Source: Candidatus Saccharimonadota bacterium (GTDB lineage Bacteria; Patescibacteriota; Saccharimonadia; CAILAD01; BJGX01). Taken from it: a stretch of DNA of 64,000 bases. The notes under the pieces are model-generated. The model was not told the origin of the DNA. It saw only the letters and a program-made list of their open reading frames with translations, and ran no database searches. The position numbers and the translations under genes are program-made. Below, in pieces: positions 11,240 to 21,133 of this stretch (positions within the stretch are counted from its first letter, which is position 1; each line of letters starts with the position of its first letter). The stretch spans positions 721 to 64,720 of the forward strand of contig JACPPH010000005.1 in the NCBI GenBank assembly GCA_016191105.1. Reading direction: 5' to 3'.

Positions 11240-13228
11240 GTGAGCTTGTTTAAACTTACATTCAAATACCAGGCAGCTGGTGATCAGCCCAAAGCCATAG
11301 AGCAGTTAAACAGTGGTTTGCGAACTGGCAACAAAGAGCAAACCCTACTTGGCATTACTGGTAGCGGCAAGACCTTTACTATGGCCAATGTGATTGCCGA
11401 TTATGGCCAGCCAACCTTAGTACTGAGCCACAACAAAACCTTAGCGGCTCAGCTGTATGGCGAGTTCAAAGAGTTTTTCCCGAACAACGCTGTGCACTAC
11501 TTTGTAAGCTACTTCGATTACTACCAGCCAGAGGCTTACATCCCGCGCAGTGATACCTATATCGAAAAAGACAGCGATATCAACGAAGAGATCGATAGGT
11601 TACGGCATGCTGCAACCGCAGGCCTGCTTAGTCGCAAAGATGTAATAATTGTGGCTTCGGTAAGCTGCATATATGGCATAGGCAGCATCGACGACTACAC
11701 TAGTATGACCATAACGCTAAAGAAAGACGAAAGGCGGGTACGCGATAAGTTGCTGCGGCAGCTTAACGACATACAGTATAGTCGCAATGATACAGCTTTT
11801 GAACGAGGCACGTTCCGCGTGCGCGGCGAGAACTTAGATATCTTTCCGGTTGGCGAAGAATCGGCGTATAGGGTGGAGTTTTTCGGTGATGAAGTCGAAA
11901 GTATTAAGCAAATTGATTATCTGACCGGCGAAGTCACAAGAACCCTAAACGAATACACGATTTTTCCAGCTAAGCACTACGTAACTCCGCGCGAGCAACT
12001 CGAGCGCGCAATCGTCAATATCAAAGCCGAGGCCGAGCAGCGGGTGGCCTGGTTTAAAGACAACGACATGCTAATTGAGGCTCAACGACTGGGTGAGCGG
12101 GTGCGCTACGACATTGAGATAATGGAACAAACAGGCTACGTAAAAGGCATTGAAAACTATGCCCGTTACTTAACCAACCGCGAACCAGGCGCCCAGCCGG
12201 CCACACTTATGGACTACTTCCCAGACGACTTTTTAATGTTGATTGACGAAAGTCATATGACCATTCCGCAAGTAGGCGGCATGTACAATGGCGACCGAGC
12301 CCGTAAACAAGTGCTGATAGATCATGGTTTTCGCTTGCCCAGCGCACTCGATAACCGTCCACTAACTTTTACCGAGTTTGAACGACATATTAATAACGTG
12401 GTGTATGTTTCGGCCACACCAGGCAGCTATGAACTAGCTCGCAGTCAACAAACGGTCGAGCAGATTATTCGCCCCACCGGCTTACTCGACCCGATTGTTG
12501 AGGTGCGTCCCAGCGAACACCAGGTAGACGATGTGATTGCCGAGATTCGTGATCGAGTGGGTAAAAAGCAGCGGGTGTTAGTAACAACTCTTACCAAGCG
12601 TATGGCCGAGGATCTAGCTGAATACCTGGCTGATCTTGGTATAAAAGTGCAATATCTGCATAGCGAGGTCGACACCTTTGAGCGAACCGACATTTTGCGT
12701 GATTTGCGCATGGGGGTTTATGATGTGTTGGTGGGTATAAACTTGTTACGCGAGGGCCTGGATTTGCCCGAAGTTAGCTTGGTGGCAATCATCGATGCCG
12801 ACAAAGAAGGTTTTTTGCGCTCCGAAACCAGCTTGATTCAAACTATTGGTCGGGCTGCCCGCCACCAAGAGGGCAAGGTTATAATGTATGCCGATAACAT
12901 AACCGGCAGCATGAGCCGAGCGATCGAAGTTACCAAAAAGCGCCGCAAGGTTCAAGAAGAGTACAACAAAAAGCACGACATTACCCCAACCACGGTGCAA
13001 AAAGCTATTACCGAGCGTATGCATGAAGAGGCTGAGGCCGAAACGGCCGATGTTAAGGCCATAGATTTTAAGAAGGTGCCCAAAGACGAGCTGGCGTTTT
13101 TAACCAAGCAGCTTACGGAGCAAATGGAGCTAGCGGCTGCTAACTTGCAATTCGAAAAAGCTGCCGAGCTGCGCGATCAAATTGAAGAGATCAAAGAGAT
13201 TCTAAAGGCTAAGAGGATAGGCAAATGA
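11240..13228 (+). CDS. uvrB: excinuclease ABC subunit B
   Basis: GITGSGKT Walker A, helicase motifs, C-terminal UVR domain ([17 protein letters not shown]). Confidence 0.95.
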   Translation: MSLFKLTFKYQAAGDQPKAIEQLNSGLRTGNKEQTLLGITGSGKTFTMANVIADYGQPTLVLSHNKTLAAQLYGEFKEFFPNNAVHYFVSYFDYYQPEAYIPRSDTYIEKDSDINEEIDRLRHAATAGLLSRKDVIIVASVSCIYGIGSIDDYTSMTITLKKDERRVRDKLLRQLNDIQYSRNDTAFERGTFRVRGENLDIFPVGEESAYRVEFFGDEVESIKQIDYLTGEVTRTLNEYTIFPAKHYVTPREQLERAIVNIKAEAEQRVAWFKDNDMLIEAQRLGERVRYDIEIMEQTGYVKGIENYARYLTNREPGAQPATLMDYFPDDFLMLIDESHMTIPQVGGMYNGDRARKQVLIDHGFRLPSALDNRPLTFTEFERHINNVVYVSATPGSYELARSQQTVEQIIRPTGLLDPIVEVRPSEHQVDDVIAEIRDRVGKKQRVLVTTLTKRMAEDLAEYLADLGIKVQYLHSEVDTFERTDILRDLRMGVYDVLVGINLLREGLDLPEVSLVAIIDADKEGFLRSETSLIQTIGRAARHQEGKVIMYADNITGSMSRAIEVTKKRRKVQEEYNKKHDITPTTVQKAITERMHEEAEAETADVKAIDFKKVPKDELAFLTKQLTEQMELAAANLQFEKAAELRDQIEEIKEILKAKRIGK

Positions 13229-13452
13229 GTGTAGAAACTAATAACGATAATGCCAAAGATGCTAAGCCAGCCATGTCGGCCGACACCTTGGGGGATTTAA
13301 AAACTATGGCGGCGCGCACGTAGTTAGTCTAGAACCTGTGTTGAAATCATACTATGGCTCAATGAAAACAAATATTCAACACCATGCTTAACCCTTGAAC
13401 AATCTTGACAATAGGCGTACAATGGGTGGGTTTTAGTGCTAATGGACTAACA

Positions 13453-13512
13453 TTATTGTTCGAACAAAGTGAGAACTAAATAGTTCTCGTCGATTACTCC
13501 TCGAACAATAAA
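13453..13512. repeat. nested palindromic repeat, copy A
   Basis: ATTATTGTTCGAAC...GAGAACTA-AA-TAGTTCTC...TCGAACAATAAA; outer arms and inner arms are each reverse complements; 5 bp upstream of the uvrA GTG start. Confidence 0.7.
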
Positions 13513-13517
13513 CTGCA

Positions 13518-16352
13518 GTGGAGAAAATTGTGGCTCAGAACGACAAGATAGTTATAAAAGGTGCCCGCGAACACAACCTAAAAAACATTGACCTTGAAAT
13601 CCCGCGCGACAAGCTGGTGGTGATTACCGGACTCTCCGGGAGCGGCAAATCGTCGTTGGCATTCGACACTATTTATGCCGAAGGTCAGCGACGCTATGTT
13701 GAGTCTTTGAGCGCCTATGCTCGACAGTTTTTGGGGTTAATGGAAAAGCCCGATGTCGATCAGATCGATGGTCTCAGCCCGGCCATTAGCATCGACCAAA
13801 AGTCGGCTAGTCGCAATCCGCGATCTACGGTTGCTACCGTTACCGAAATTTATGATTATTTGCGCTTGCTGTTTGCCCGCATTGGCACACCGCATGACCC
13901 AAATACCGGTGAGGTCTTAACTAAACAAACACCCACCGAGATTGTCGACAAAATCAAGGCTTACCAAAAGGACACCCGGATAATTTTACTGGCACCAATT
14001 GTGAAAGATAAAAAAGGCGAGCACCGACACTTGCTCGATGAAATCCAAAAGGCCGGCTACTCGAGAGTTCGTTTAGATGGCACAATTATGCCAATCGAAG
14101 AGGTGCCGAGTTTGGATCGTAACAAAAAGCACACCATCGAAGTGGCCGTTGACCGGATTGCGATCGACCCAAGCAACCCCCAGCGATTAGTAGAGGCCGT
14201 AGAGGCGGCACTCCACTTGGGCGAGGGCGTGATTACGGTCTTGAATTTCGACTCAGGCGAGGAACAGCTCTTTAGTGAGCATTACACAGCCGCCGGTAGC
14301 ACCTTTGCTTTGCCCGAGATCGAGCCACGCCTGTTTAGTTTTAATAGCCCGCACGGGGCTTGCCCAACCTGCATGGGCCTGGGCTCACTGTTGATAGTAG
14401 ACCCCGAGCTTATTGTGCCCAACAAAAAACTTAGTATTGCTGAGGGCGCCATTCGCCCCTGGAGTCGTACCACCCAGCGCCTCAATTGGTACACAAAATT
14501 GCTGGAGGCAGTTGCCAAAAAACATGGCTTTGATTTAAATGTGCCGGTTGAAATGCTAACCAAAGACAACCTATACATCCTATTTTATGGCACCGGCGAG
14601 GAGGTGGTGGGTGTGCCGGGGCCAGGTGGGCGAACTTACAAAACAAAATTTGAGGGTATAATCCCCAATCTCGAACGGCGTTATCGCGAAACCGACAGCG
14701 ATTTTGTAAAGCGTGAAATCGAAAAGTACATGACCACTCAGATTTGTGGAAGCTGCCAGGGCAAGCGCTTAAAGCCCGAGGTTTTGGCCATCACTATAGA
14801 CGACAAGTCTATTGCCGACGCCTCTGAGCTAACGGTTGAATCGGCCTTTGAATATTTTCAAAAGCTTAAGCTAAACCCCCAACAACAAAAAATTGCCAGC
14901 CAAATACTCAAAGAAATCTGTGCCCGTTTGCGGTTTTTGAATGACGTGGGTCTAAACTACCTTACTCTTGACCGTAGCGCCAATACTCTGGCGGGTGGCG
15001 AGGCCCAGCGGATTCGTTTGGCCACCCAAATAGGCTCTAGCTTAATGGGCGTGTTGTATATATTAGACGAGCCTTCAATTGGCCTGCATCAGCGCGACAA
15101 CGACCGGCTGATAACAACGCTTAAACGGCTGCGAGACTTGGGCAATACTGTAATTGTGGTCGAACACGACGAGGATACGATTTTGGCTAGCGACTACGTG
15201 ATCGACATAGGCCCTCTGGCCGGCGAGCATGGTGGCCAGGTTGTGGCGGTTGGTGCGCCCACTCAAATTGCAAAAGTTAAAGCATCCTTAACTGGTCAGT
15301 ACTTAAGCGGCCACAAGAAAATCGATGTACCTAGCAGTAGGCGCAAGCCCGATGGCCGCAGCTTAAAAATAGTTGGTGCTACCGAGCACAACCTAAAAGA
15401 CATAACTGTCGACATTCCACTGGGTATTATGACTGTTGTTACCGGTGTTTCTGGCAGTGGCAAGTCGAGCCTTATTAATGACATCTTGGCGCGCAAGTTG
15501 AGCCAGGAATACCACCGGTCTCAAGAACCAACTGGTAAATTCAAGTCTATCGAAGGTACCGAGAATCTCGACAAGGTAATTGATATCGACCAAAGCCCAA
15601 TTGGCCGCACTCCGCGTAGCAACCCCGCAACCTATACTGGTGCTTTCAACGACATACGCGAGCTATTTGCCATGGTGCCCGAGGCCAAGATCCGTGGTTA
15701 TTCGGCTGGCCGATTTAGTTTTAACGTAAAAGGAGGTAGGTGCGAGAACTGTAAGGGTGATGGAATTATCAAGATTGAAATGCACTTTTTGCCCGATGTT
15801 TATGTAACTTGCGATGTTTGTCATGGCAAACGGTATAATCGCGAGGCACTCGAGATTGTGTACAAGGGCAAAAACATCTCCGATGTTTTGGAGATGACGA
15901 TCGAGGAGGCCTGCAGCTTTTTTGGCAACATACCAACTATTAGTCGCAAGTTAGAAACCTTAAACAACGTCGGTTTAGGTTATGTTAAACTGGGCCAGCC
16001 AGCTACTACGCTGTCGGGCGGAGAAGCCCAACGTATTAAGTTGGCAGCCGAGCTGAGTCGAAGGGCCACCGGCCGCACACTATATATTTTAGATGAGCCC
16101 ACCACCGGCCTGCATTTCGAAGACGTGCGCAAACTCTTGGAAGTTTTGAATGCTCTAGTAGCCATGGGTAATTCGGTACTTATAATTGAACACAACCTAG
16201 ACGTTGTAAAATCAACTGACTGGGTGATCGACCTGGGTCCAGAGGGCGGCACCGGCGGTGGTGAGGTGGTGGCCCAGGGCACGCCCGAAGAGGTAGCCAA
16301 AGCCGCCAGGAGTTATACGGGTCAATATCTTAAGAAATTGCTAAAAAAATAG
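13518..16352 (+). CDS. uvrA: excinuclease ABC subunit A
   Basis: Two ABC ATPase modules ([18 protein letters not shown]) and zinc-finger cysteines; 944 aa. Confidence 0.95.
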   Translation: MEKIVAQNDKIVIKGAREHNLKNIDLEIPRDKLVVITGLSGSGKSSLAFDTIYAEGQRRYVESLSAYARQFLGLMEKPDVDQIDGLSPAISIDQKSASRNPRSTVATVTEIYDYLRLLFARIGTPHDPNTGEVLTKQTPTEIVDKIKAYQKDTRIILLAPIVKDKKGEHRHLLDEIQKAGYSRVRLDGTIMPIEEVPSLDRNKKHTIEVAVDRIAIDPSNPQRLVEAVEAALHLGEGVITVLNFDSGEEQLFSEHYTAAGSTFALPEIEPRLFSFNSPHGACPTCMGLGSLLIVDPELIVPNKKLSIAEGAIRPWSRTTQRLNWYTKLLEAVAKKHGFDLNVPVEMLTKDNLYILFYGTGEEVVGVPGPGGRTYKTKFEGIIPNLERRYRETDSDFVKREIEKYMTTQICGSCQGKRLKPEVLAITIDDKSIADASELTVESAFEYFQKLKLNPQQQKIASQILKEICARLRFLNDVGLNYLTLDRSANTLAGGEAQRIRLATQIGSSLMGVLYILDEPSIGLHQRDNDRLITTLKRLRDLGNTVIVVEHDEDTILASDYVIDIGPLAGEHGGQVVAVGAPTQIAKVKASLTGQYLSGHKKIDVPSSRRKPDGRSLKIVGATEHNLKDITVDIPLGIMTVVTGVSGSGKSSLINDILARKLSQEYHRSQEPTGKFKSIEGTENLDKVIDIDQSPIGRTPRSNPATYTGAFNDIRELFAMVPEAKIRGYSAGRFSFNVKGGRCENCKGDGIIKIEMHFLPDVYVTCDVCHGKRYNREALEIVYKGKNISDVLEMTIEEACSFFGNIPTISRKLETLNNVGLGYVKLGQPATTLSGGEAQRIKLAAELSRRATGRTLYILDEPTTGLHFEDVRKLLEVLNALVAMGNSVLIIEHNLDVVKSTDWVIDLGPEGGTGGGEVVAQGTPEEVAKAARSYTGQYLKKLLKK

Positions 16353-16385
16353 ACCAAACGGCCTTCTTATCTATTTGTCTGCAGG

Positions 16386-16417
16386 CCTAGACACTGTCGC
16401 CATTGACAGTGTCTAGG
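16386..16417. terminator. perfect 13-bp inverted repeat (CCTAGACACTGTC-GCCATT-GACAGTGTCTAGG), likely bidirectional terminator
   Basis: Sits between convergent uvrA (+) and a GC-rich minus-strand ORF. Confidence 0.45.
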
Positions 16418-16435
16418 ACCCGATTTGTGGTTGCA

Positions 16436-16734
16436 TCACGATGCCCTCTTTTCCGGTGGGTCAGACTGCTTGGCTGGCGGGGTCGGTTCGGCTGAATGGA
16501 TCTTTCGCCAGCTCGCTATCTGTTCCAGCCAGTAGCTGTCGTCTTGTGCGATGTCGAACAGAAAACCGCTGGCGAGAGACCAAGGACGTGCCGACAGAAG
16601 ACCCCAGCTATCCCGACTGGGAGGTGGTTCCTCCGCTCTGAAATAGCTTTCAAGCAGGTCGACTAGCTGACGTCGGCGCACATCGTTGGGTTGACGCGCC
16701 AGCAGGTCCTCGAGCTCCATGTATACGTGCTGCA
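16436..16734 (-). CDS. hypothetical protein in a GC-rich islet
   Basis: ~58% GC against ~47% background; perfect GGAGGTG RBS 4 nt before the ATG (MQHVYMELED...). Confidence 0.4.
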
Positions 16735-16806
16735 TTTCACCTCCTTTCGAGGTGTAGGTACGGTTGGACAGCCCCATTGTAGAACAAATACCAAAAATTG
16801 CAAGCT

Positions 16807-17106
16807 CTAGAAGTTATCTGAGGTCTCGACTGCAAACCAATTGAACTGTAACTCGCTTTCTTGAGCCGGGTCAATCTGGATTTCGAAACCTTTTTCGGTA
16901 ACGTTAACAACACCGTATTTTGGCGATACTATACCGATTGGTGTTACATTTATTACTGGTGGTTTGGAATATGGCCTAGTGAATTCAAGCCTAAGATTGG
17001 TTTGGCCGGCAGGAATCTTAACTGTTCCGGCGGTGTTATTGCTGACGGTAATAGTATTACCAAAGCTGACCTTTGACTCAAAGCCAACGTTGTTCTTGAA
17101 CACCAC
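16807..17106 (-). CDS. hypothetical beta-rich protein (non-ATG start; reading frame stays open upstream to ~17304)
   Basis: The ORF continues in frame upstream of the tracked GTG start; Thr/Asn/Val-rich, surface-protein-like. Confidence 0.3.
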   Translation of the reverse strand: MVFKNNVGFESKVSFGNTITVSNNTAGTVKIPAGQTNLRLEFTRPYSKPPVINVTPIGIVSPKYGVVNVTEKGFEIQIDPAQESELQFNWFAVETSDNF

Positions 17107-17242
17107 CTTGTCTATAAAAGTTGCTAGCTTATAGAATACAGAACTATTTAAGAACTCGGCCGGCCCCGTAACTTTGATTGCACCATTGGCAAAAAGGGTG
17201 CCGTTGGCAGTTAAGTCTTTGGTGGTTGTGGCGTTCTGAACC

Positions 17243-17917
17243 GTGAAGTTGGAAAGGTCGGCTATCGAATTAGCTGCAGGGTCAGACGAAGCTCGTATAA
17301 CTACTTATTCGGACAGCTCGTGGACAACCGCAATCGATGGTACTGGCGCAGGTAGCTCGGGCGTAGTTGCGGCCAGTACGGCCAGCCAGATTACTGTTAG
17401 CGGTACTGTTGATGAGACATTAACATTTTGCACAGGCACCTCTGGCATAACAAGCTCGAGCTGTGCTGGAGCCACCGGTACCAGTGCTGGGCTCGGAACG
17501 CTTTCAACAAGCTCCGCTAAAACCAGCACTTCACAGATTGGCGTAGCAACAAACGCTGGCTCTGGCTATGCCATAACCTATACAGGAGCCACTCTAACCT
17601 CTGGCTCCAACACAATTGCTGCTTGTTCGTCTGGTTGCACCTCCTCGACAGGCTCAGGCCAATATGGCTTTAACCTAAGAGCTAACACTTCGCCATCGGT
17701 AGGGTCGAATCCAGCTGGAGCTGGTTTAGCCAACCCAGTTGCTAACTACAATACCAACAACACCTTTCGCTTTGCTACTGGTGACACGGTGGTGAGTAAT
17801 AGCAGCGCAGATGATTTTAGACTGTTTACAGTTGCCTACTTGGCTAACATAGCCAATACCACACCGGCAGGCATATATAGCTCGACTGTGACTTGGGTTG
17901 CAACACCAACTTTTTAA
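17243..17917 (+). CDS. Ser/Thr/Gly-rich putative cell-surface protein, possible WxL-like C-terminus
   Basis: 224 aa, >40% S/T/G, ends ...YSSTVTWVATPTF; GTG start. Confidence 0.4.
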   Translation: MKLERSAIELAAGSDEARITTYSDSSWTTAIDGTGAGSSGVVAASTASQITVSGTVDETLTFCTGTSGITSSSCAGATGTSAGLGTLSTSSAKTSTSQIGVATNAGSGYAITYTGATLTSGSNTIAACSSGCTSSTGSGQYGFNLRANTSPSVGSNPAGAGLANPVANYNTNNTFRFATGDTVVSNSSADDFRLFTVAYLANIANTTPAGIYSSTVTWVATPTF

Positions 17918-17972
17918 GTGTAACTCACAAGTTGTTGGTGACAACTACCTAGAGCTCGTATAGAATTAGATT

Positions 17973-19052
17973 ATGACGCTAAGAATCAGACAGTTTTGTA
18001 GCTTTGGTGGGTTAACAATAATTATGGCTGTCGTCATGTTGGGTGGCTATGCTCATAAGGCTAAGGCTGAAGCGGGTCAGGCTTTGTCGATTTCGCCGCC
18101 ACTAGTAGAAGTAAAGAGTGATCCGGGCAAGCTTGAGAAGGTTTCTATTAAGGTCACCAATCTTTCGAGCGGTGAATTATTAGTTAAAAACCAAGTCAAT
18201 GACTTTGGTGCCAAAAATGAATCGGGCGAGCCCAATATTATATTCGACGACAACCAGAACGAACCTTACAGTTTGCGAAACTGGGTAGAGGCACCGGCGC
18301 CCTTTAAATTGGCCAGCCAACAGTCGCGGGTGGTGGAGTTTAAAATAAATGTACCCACCAACGCTGAGCCAGGCGGGCACTACGCCGTGTTTCGCTTTAC
18401 CGGCCAGGCTCCAGAATTAGAGCAGTCTGGGGTGGCGTTGTCAGCCAGCATTGGTTCGCTCATACTTTTGCGTGTCTCGGGCAATGTTTCTGAGCAGGCC
18501 AATTTGGTAAGTTTTTATAGTGCCAGCCGGCCACAATTTAGCAAGTCAGGTTTTTTTGAGAATGGTCCGATTGGTTTCGTAGAGCGAGTTCAAAATAATG
18601 GTAATATTCATGTCCAACCGACCGGTACAATAACTATCAAAGACATGTTTGGCCGGCAGGTTGCCAGCCTTAGAGTCAACGGCGAGCCGGCCAGCAAACA
18701 GAATCCGCCTCGCAGTGTATTGCCAAAAAGTATTCGTAAATTCGAGCAAATCTACGACAAAAAATGGCTCTTTGGATATTATAGCGCGACTCTAGATCTT
18801 ACTTATGGCTCAACCAATCAAACGCTGCGTGGCACCACTGGTTTTTGGGTAATACCATATAAGTTAGTGTTATTAGCGCTGTTAATTGTTGTGGTACTTG
18901 TGTTGCTGGCTCGCTGGTTACTCAGGCGCTACAAGGCTCATGTTGTAAAACAGATCCAAAAAAGCCAAGAACAAAATAATGGTTCTGACAGGCAAACTAA
19001 AAATCTAAGCGGCCACAAAAAGGTACGCCCCAAAAAGCGATCTAAGCTATAA
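17973..19052 (+). CDS. cell-surface protein with signal peptide and C-terminal TM anchor (DUF916/DUF3324-like architecture)
   Basis: N-terminal signal peptide, beta-rich ectodomain, C-terminal LVLLALLIVVVLVLLARWLL helix followed by a basic tail. Confidence 0.5.
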   Translation: MTLRIRQFCSFGGLTIIMAVVMLGGYAHKAKAEAGQALSISPPLVEVKSDPGKLEKVSIKVTNLSSGELLVKNQVNDFGAKNESGEPNIIFDDNQNEPYSLRNWVEAPAPFKLASQQSRVVEFKINVPTNAEPGGHYAVFRFTGQAPELEQSGVALSASIGSLILLRVSGNVSEQANLVSFYSASRPQFSKSGFFENGPIGFVERVQNNGNIHVQPTGTITIKDMFGRQVASLRVNGEPASKQNPPRSVLPKSIRKFEQIYDKKWLFGYYSATLDLTYGSTNQTLRGTTGFWVIPYKLVLLALLIVVVLVLLARWLLRRYKAHVVKQIQKSQEQNNGSDRQTKNLSGHKKVRPKKRSKL

Positions 19053-19059
19053 TTGCAGC

Positions 19060-20511
19060 GTGAAGAAGTCGTTGCAGCAAAAATTAAAAGAGCTTCCACT
19101 TAAACCAGGTGTCTATTTTTTTTACAACCAGGCTGGGGAAATTATTTACATTGGCAAGGCCTCGATATTAAAACGAAGAGTGGCTAGCTATTTTCAAAAA
19201 CACCACCGCGACTACAAAACCCCGCTATTAGTAGAAAACATTGCCAACACTAGCTGGATAGAGACGGACTCAGAAATTGAAGCCTTGTTTTTAGAGGCTG
19301 AATTTATTAAGCGCTATAAGCCGCTTTACAATGTGCTCGAAAAAGACGACAAAAACTTTATTTATGTACGTATTACCACTAACCAAGACTGGCCAGCTGT
19401 TAGCTTTGTGCGTCGCCCAAGCGATGACAGGGCGAGATATTTTGGGCCCTTTGTGCATGGCTATGCGGTCAAGAAGGCTCTACGGTATTTACGACGGATA
19501 TTCCCTTACTATGTAAAGCCAGAACGCAATATATCATCGAAGCTAGAACACCAGATAGGGGTGGTTCCCAAGCCAGATATGAATAAGACTGAATATCGCA
19601 AACTAGTGAAGCGGTTGATTTACGTACTCGAGGGCAAAACCTCGCAACTGCTTACGCAGCTCGAGCGCGAAATGAAAAAACTGGCTCAAGATAAAAGGTA
19701 TGAACAAGCCGCTGAGGCTCGCAATCAGTACTTGGCACTTAAGGCGCTTAGTACCAAAATAGTTTTTGGCACTCAAGAAAAATTCGATCTCACACTCGAC
19801 CAAGCTCTCAATGGTTTAGCTGATCGGCTAGGCCTAATGGGCGCACCAAGACGTATAGAGTGCTACGACATAAGTAACTTTGCTGGCGGCGATGCAGTTA
19901 GCAGCATGATAGTTTTTACCGACGGCGTGCCCAATCAAAGTGAGTACCGGCATTTTAAGATGCACAGTGTTGGCCCAAACGACTTTGCTATGATGCGCGA
20001 AACTTTGCGACGCCGTTTTTCTGGCCGTCACGATGCTTGGGCTAAGCCAGACTTGGTTGTGATTGATGGTGGCAAGGGGCAGCTTAGTTCGGCTTTGAAT
20101 GCCATGCAAGAGGTTGGCGTGGCGATACCAACGGTTGGTTTGGCCAAACGGCATGAGCAAATAATTCAGTTAGCTTCGAGCGCCACAACAGGCCTGCAGG
20201 CTGGTGAAAGGATAGAAGGCGATTACAAGATTATTGCTCTCAACCATGGATCGGCAACTTTGCAGCTAGTGCAGCGGATTCGCGATGAGGCTCATAGATT
20301 TGCTGTTAGCTATCACACCGCTGTGCGTAACCAGCGCACCAAAACATCGCAACTCGATGCTATCGCGGGCGTTGGCCCAGCTACTCGTAAAAAACTTGTT
20401 AAGCATTTTGGCAGCGTGGCCGGCATAAAGGCAGCCAGTCGGGCCGAACTAAGTGGCGTGGTGGGGCCCAAGCTAGCCAGCACAATTAAGGCCGACTTAG
20501 GCACCGTTTAG
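19060..20511 (+). CDS. uvrC: excinuclease ABC subunit C
   Basis: GIY-YIG N-terminus (PGVYFFYNQAGEIIYIGKA), RNase H-like and C-terminal HhH regions; GTG start. Confidence 0.9.
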   Translation: MKKSLQQKLKELPLKPGVYFFYNQAGEIIYIGKASILKRRVASYFQKHHRDYKTPLLVENIANTSWIETDSEIEALFLEAEFIKRYKPLYNVLEKDDKNFIYVRITTNQDWPAVSFVRRPSDDRARYFGPFVHGYAVKKALRYLRRIFPYYVKPERNISSKLEHQIGVVPKPDMNKTEYRKLVKRLIYVLEGKTSQLLTQLEREMKKLAQDKRYEQAAEARNQYLALKALSTKIVFGTQEKFDLTLDQALNGLADRLGLMGAPRRIECYDISNFAGGDAVSSMIVFTDGVPNQSEYRHFKMHSVGPNDFAMMRETLRRRFSGRHDAWAKPDLVVIDGGKGQLSSALNAMQEVGVAIPTVGLAKRHEQIIQLASSATTGLQAGERIEGDYKIIALNHGSATLQLVQRIRDEAHRFAVSYHTAVRNQRTKTSQLDAIAGVGPATRKKLVKHFGSVAGIKAASRAELSGVVGPKLASTIKADLGTV

Positions 20512-20548
20512 ACTACCATGCAATCTGAAAATATGGTAAAATAGCGAA

Positions 20549-20911
20549 ATGATAAAACGCTTGCTTTTGAGCTGGCTGGTGAATTTTTTGGGTCTCTGGG
20601 CAGCCGCTAGCCTATTGGTTGGCATACAGTATAATCAACAGCTAACGGTGCTCTTGATTGCTAGCTTGATTTTTGGTATTGTCAATGCGCTAGTGCGGCC
20701 AGTGGTGGTTATACTTAGCTTGCCAGCAATAGTAGTTACCATGGGGCTATTTACGCTCGTAGTAAACATGCTAATGCTTTACATTACTAGTGCTCTCTAT
20801 AAGCCATTTCAGGTTAACTCTGTTTGGGCAGCACTCGGTGCTGTGATTATTATCTGGGTCGTAAACTACCTAATGAACGATTTATTAGTTGAAGAAAAAC
20901 AAGAATTATGA
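20549..20911 (+). CDS. DUF360 / phage-holin-family-IV-like 4-TM membrane protein
   Basis: 120 aa, 4 TM helices. Confidence 0.5.
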   Translation: MIKRLLLSWLVNFLGLWAAASLLVGIQYNQQLTVLLIASLIFGIVNALVRPVVVILSLPAIVVTMGLFTLVVNMLMLYITSALYKPFQVNSVWAALGAVIIIWVVNYLMNDLLVEEKQEL

Positions 20912-21126
20912 AAAACATCCTACCCTACATAACAATTATCTCAGCCGTTCTTTTGATCGGTTGTGTTTTGTTACAAAACCAGGGTATGGGACTGGGCTCG
21001 GCTTTTGGCGGCGACAGTAGTTTTTACCGTTCAAAGCGGGGTATTGAGCGGATATTGTTTATAGCTACCATTATTCTAGCTATTATTTTTGTGGGCAGCA
21101 TCATAGGTAGCTTGGTTATTTACTAA
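20908..21126 (+). CDS. secG: preprotein translocase subunit SecG
   Basis: LLQ...GLGSAFGG motif and two TM helices; 72 aa. Confidence 0.7.
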   Translation: MKNILPYITIISAVLLIGCVLLQNQGMGLGSAFGGDSSFYRSKRGIERILFIATIILAIIFVGSIIGSLVIY

Positions 21127-21133
21127 ACAACCA

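Noticed and set aside
13453-13512. Repeat copy A as a LexA/SOS box upstream of uvrA
   Set aside because: The inner palindrome is GAAC-N6-GTTC, not the GAAC-N4-GTTC Cheo-box spacing. Identical elements sit next to non-SOS genes (gatC/gatA, rnhB, FAD oxidase).
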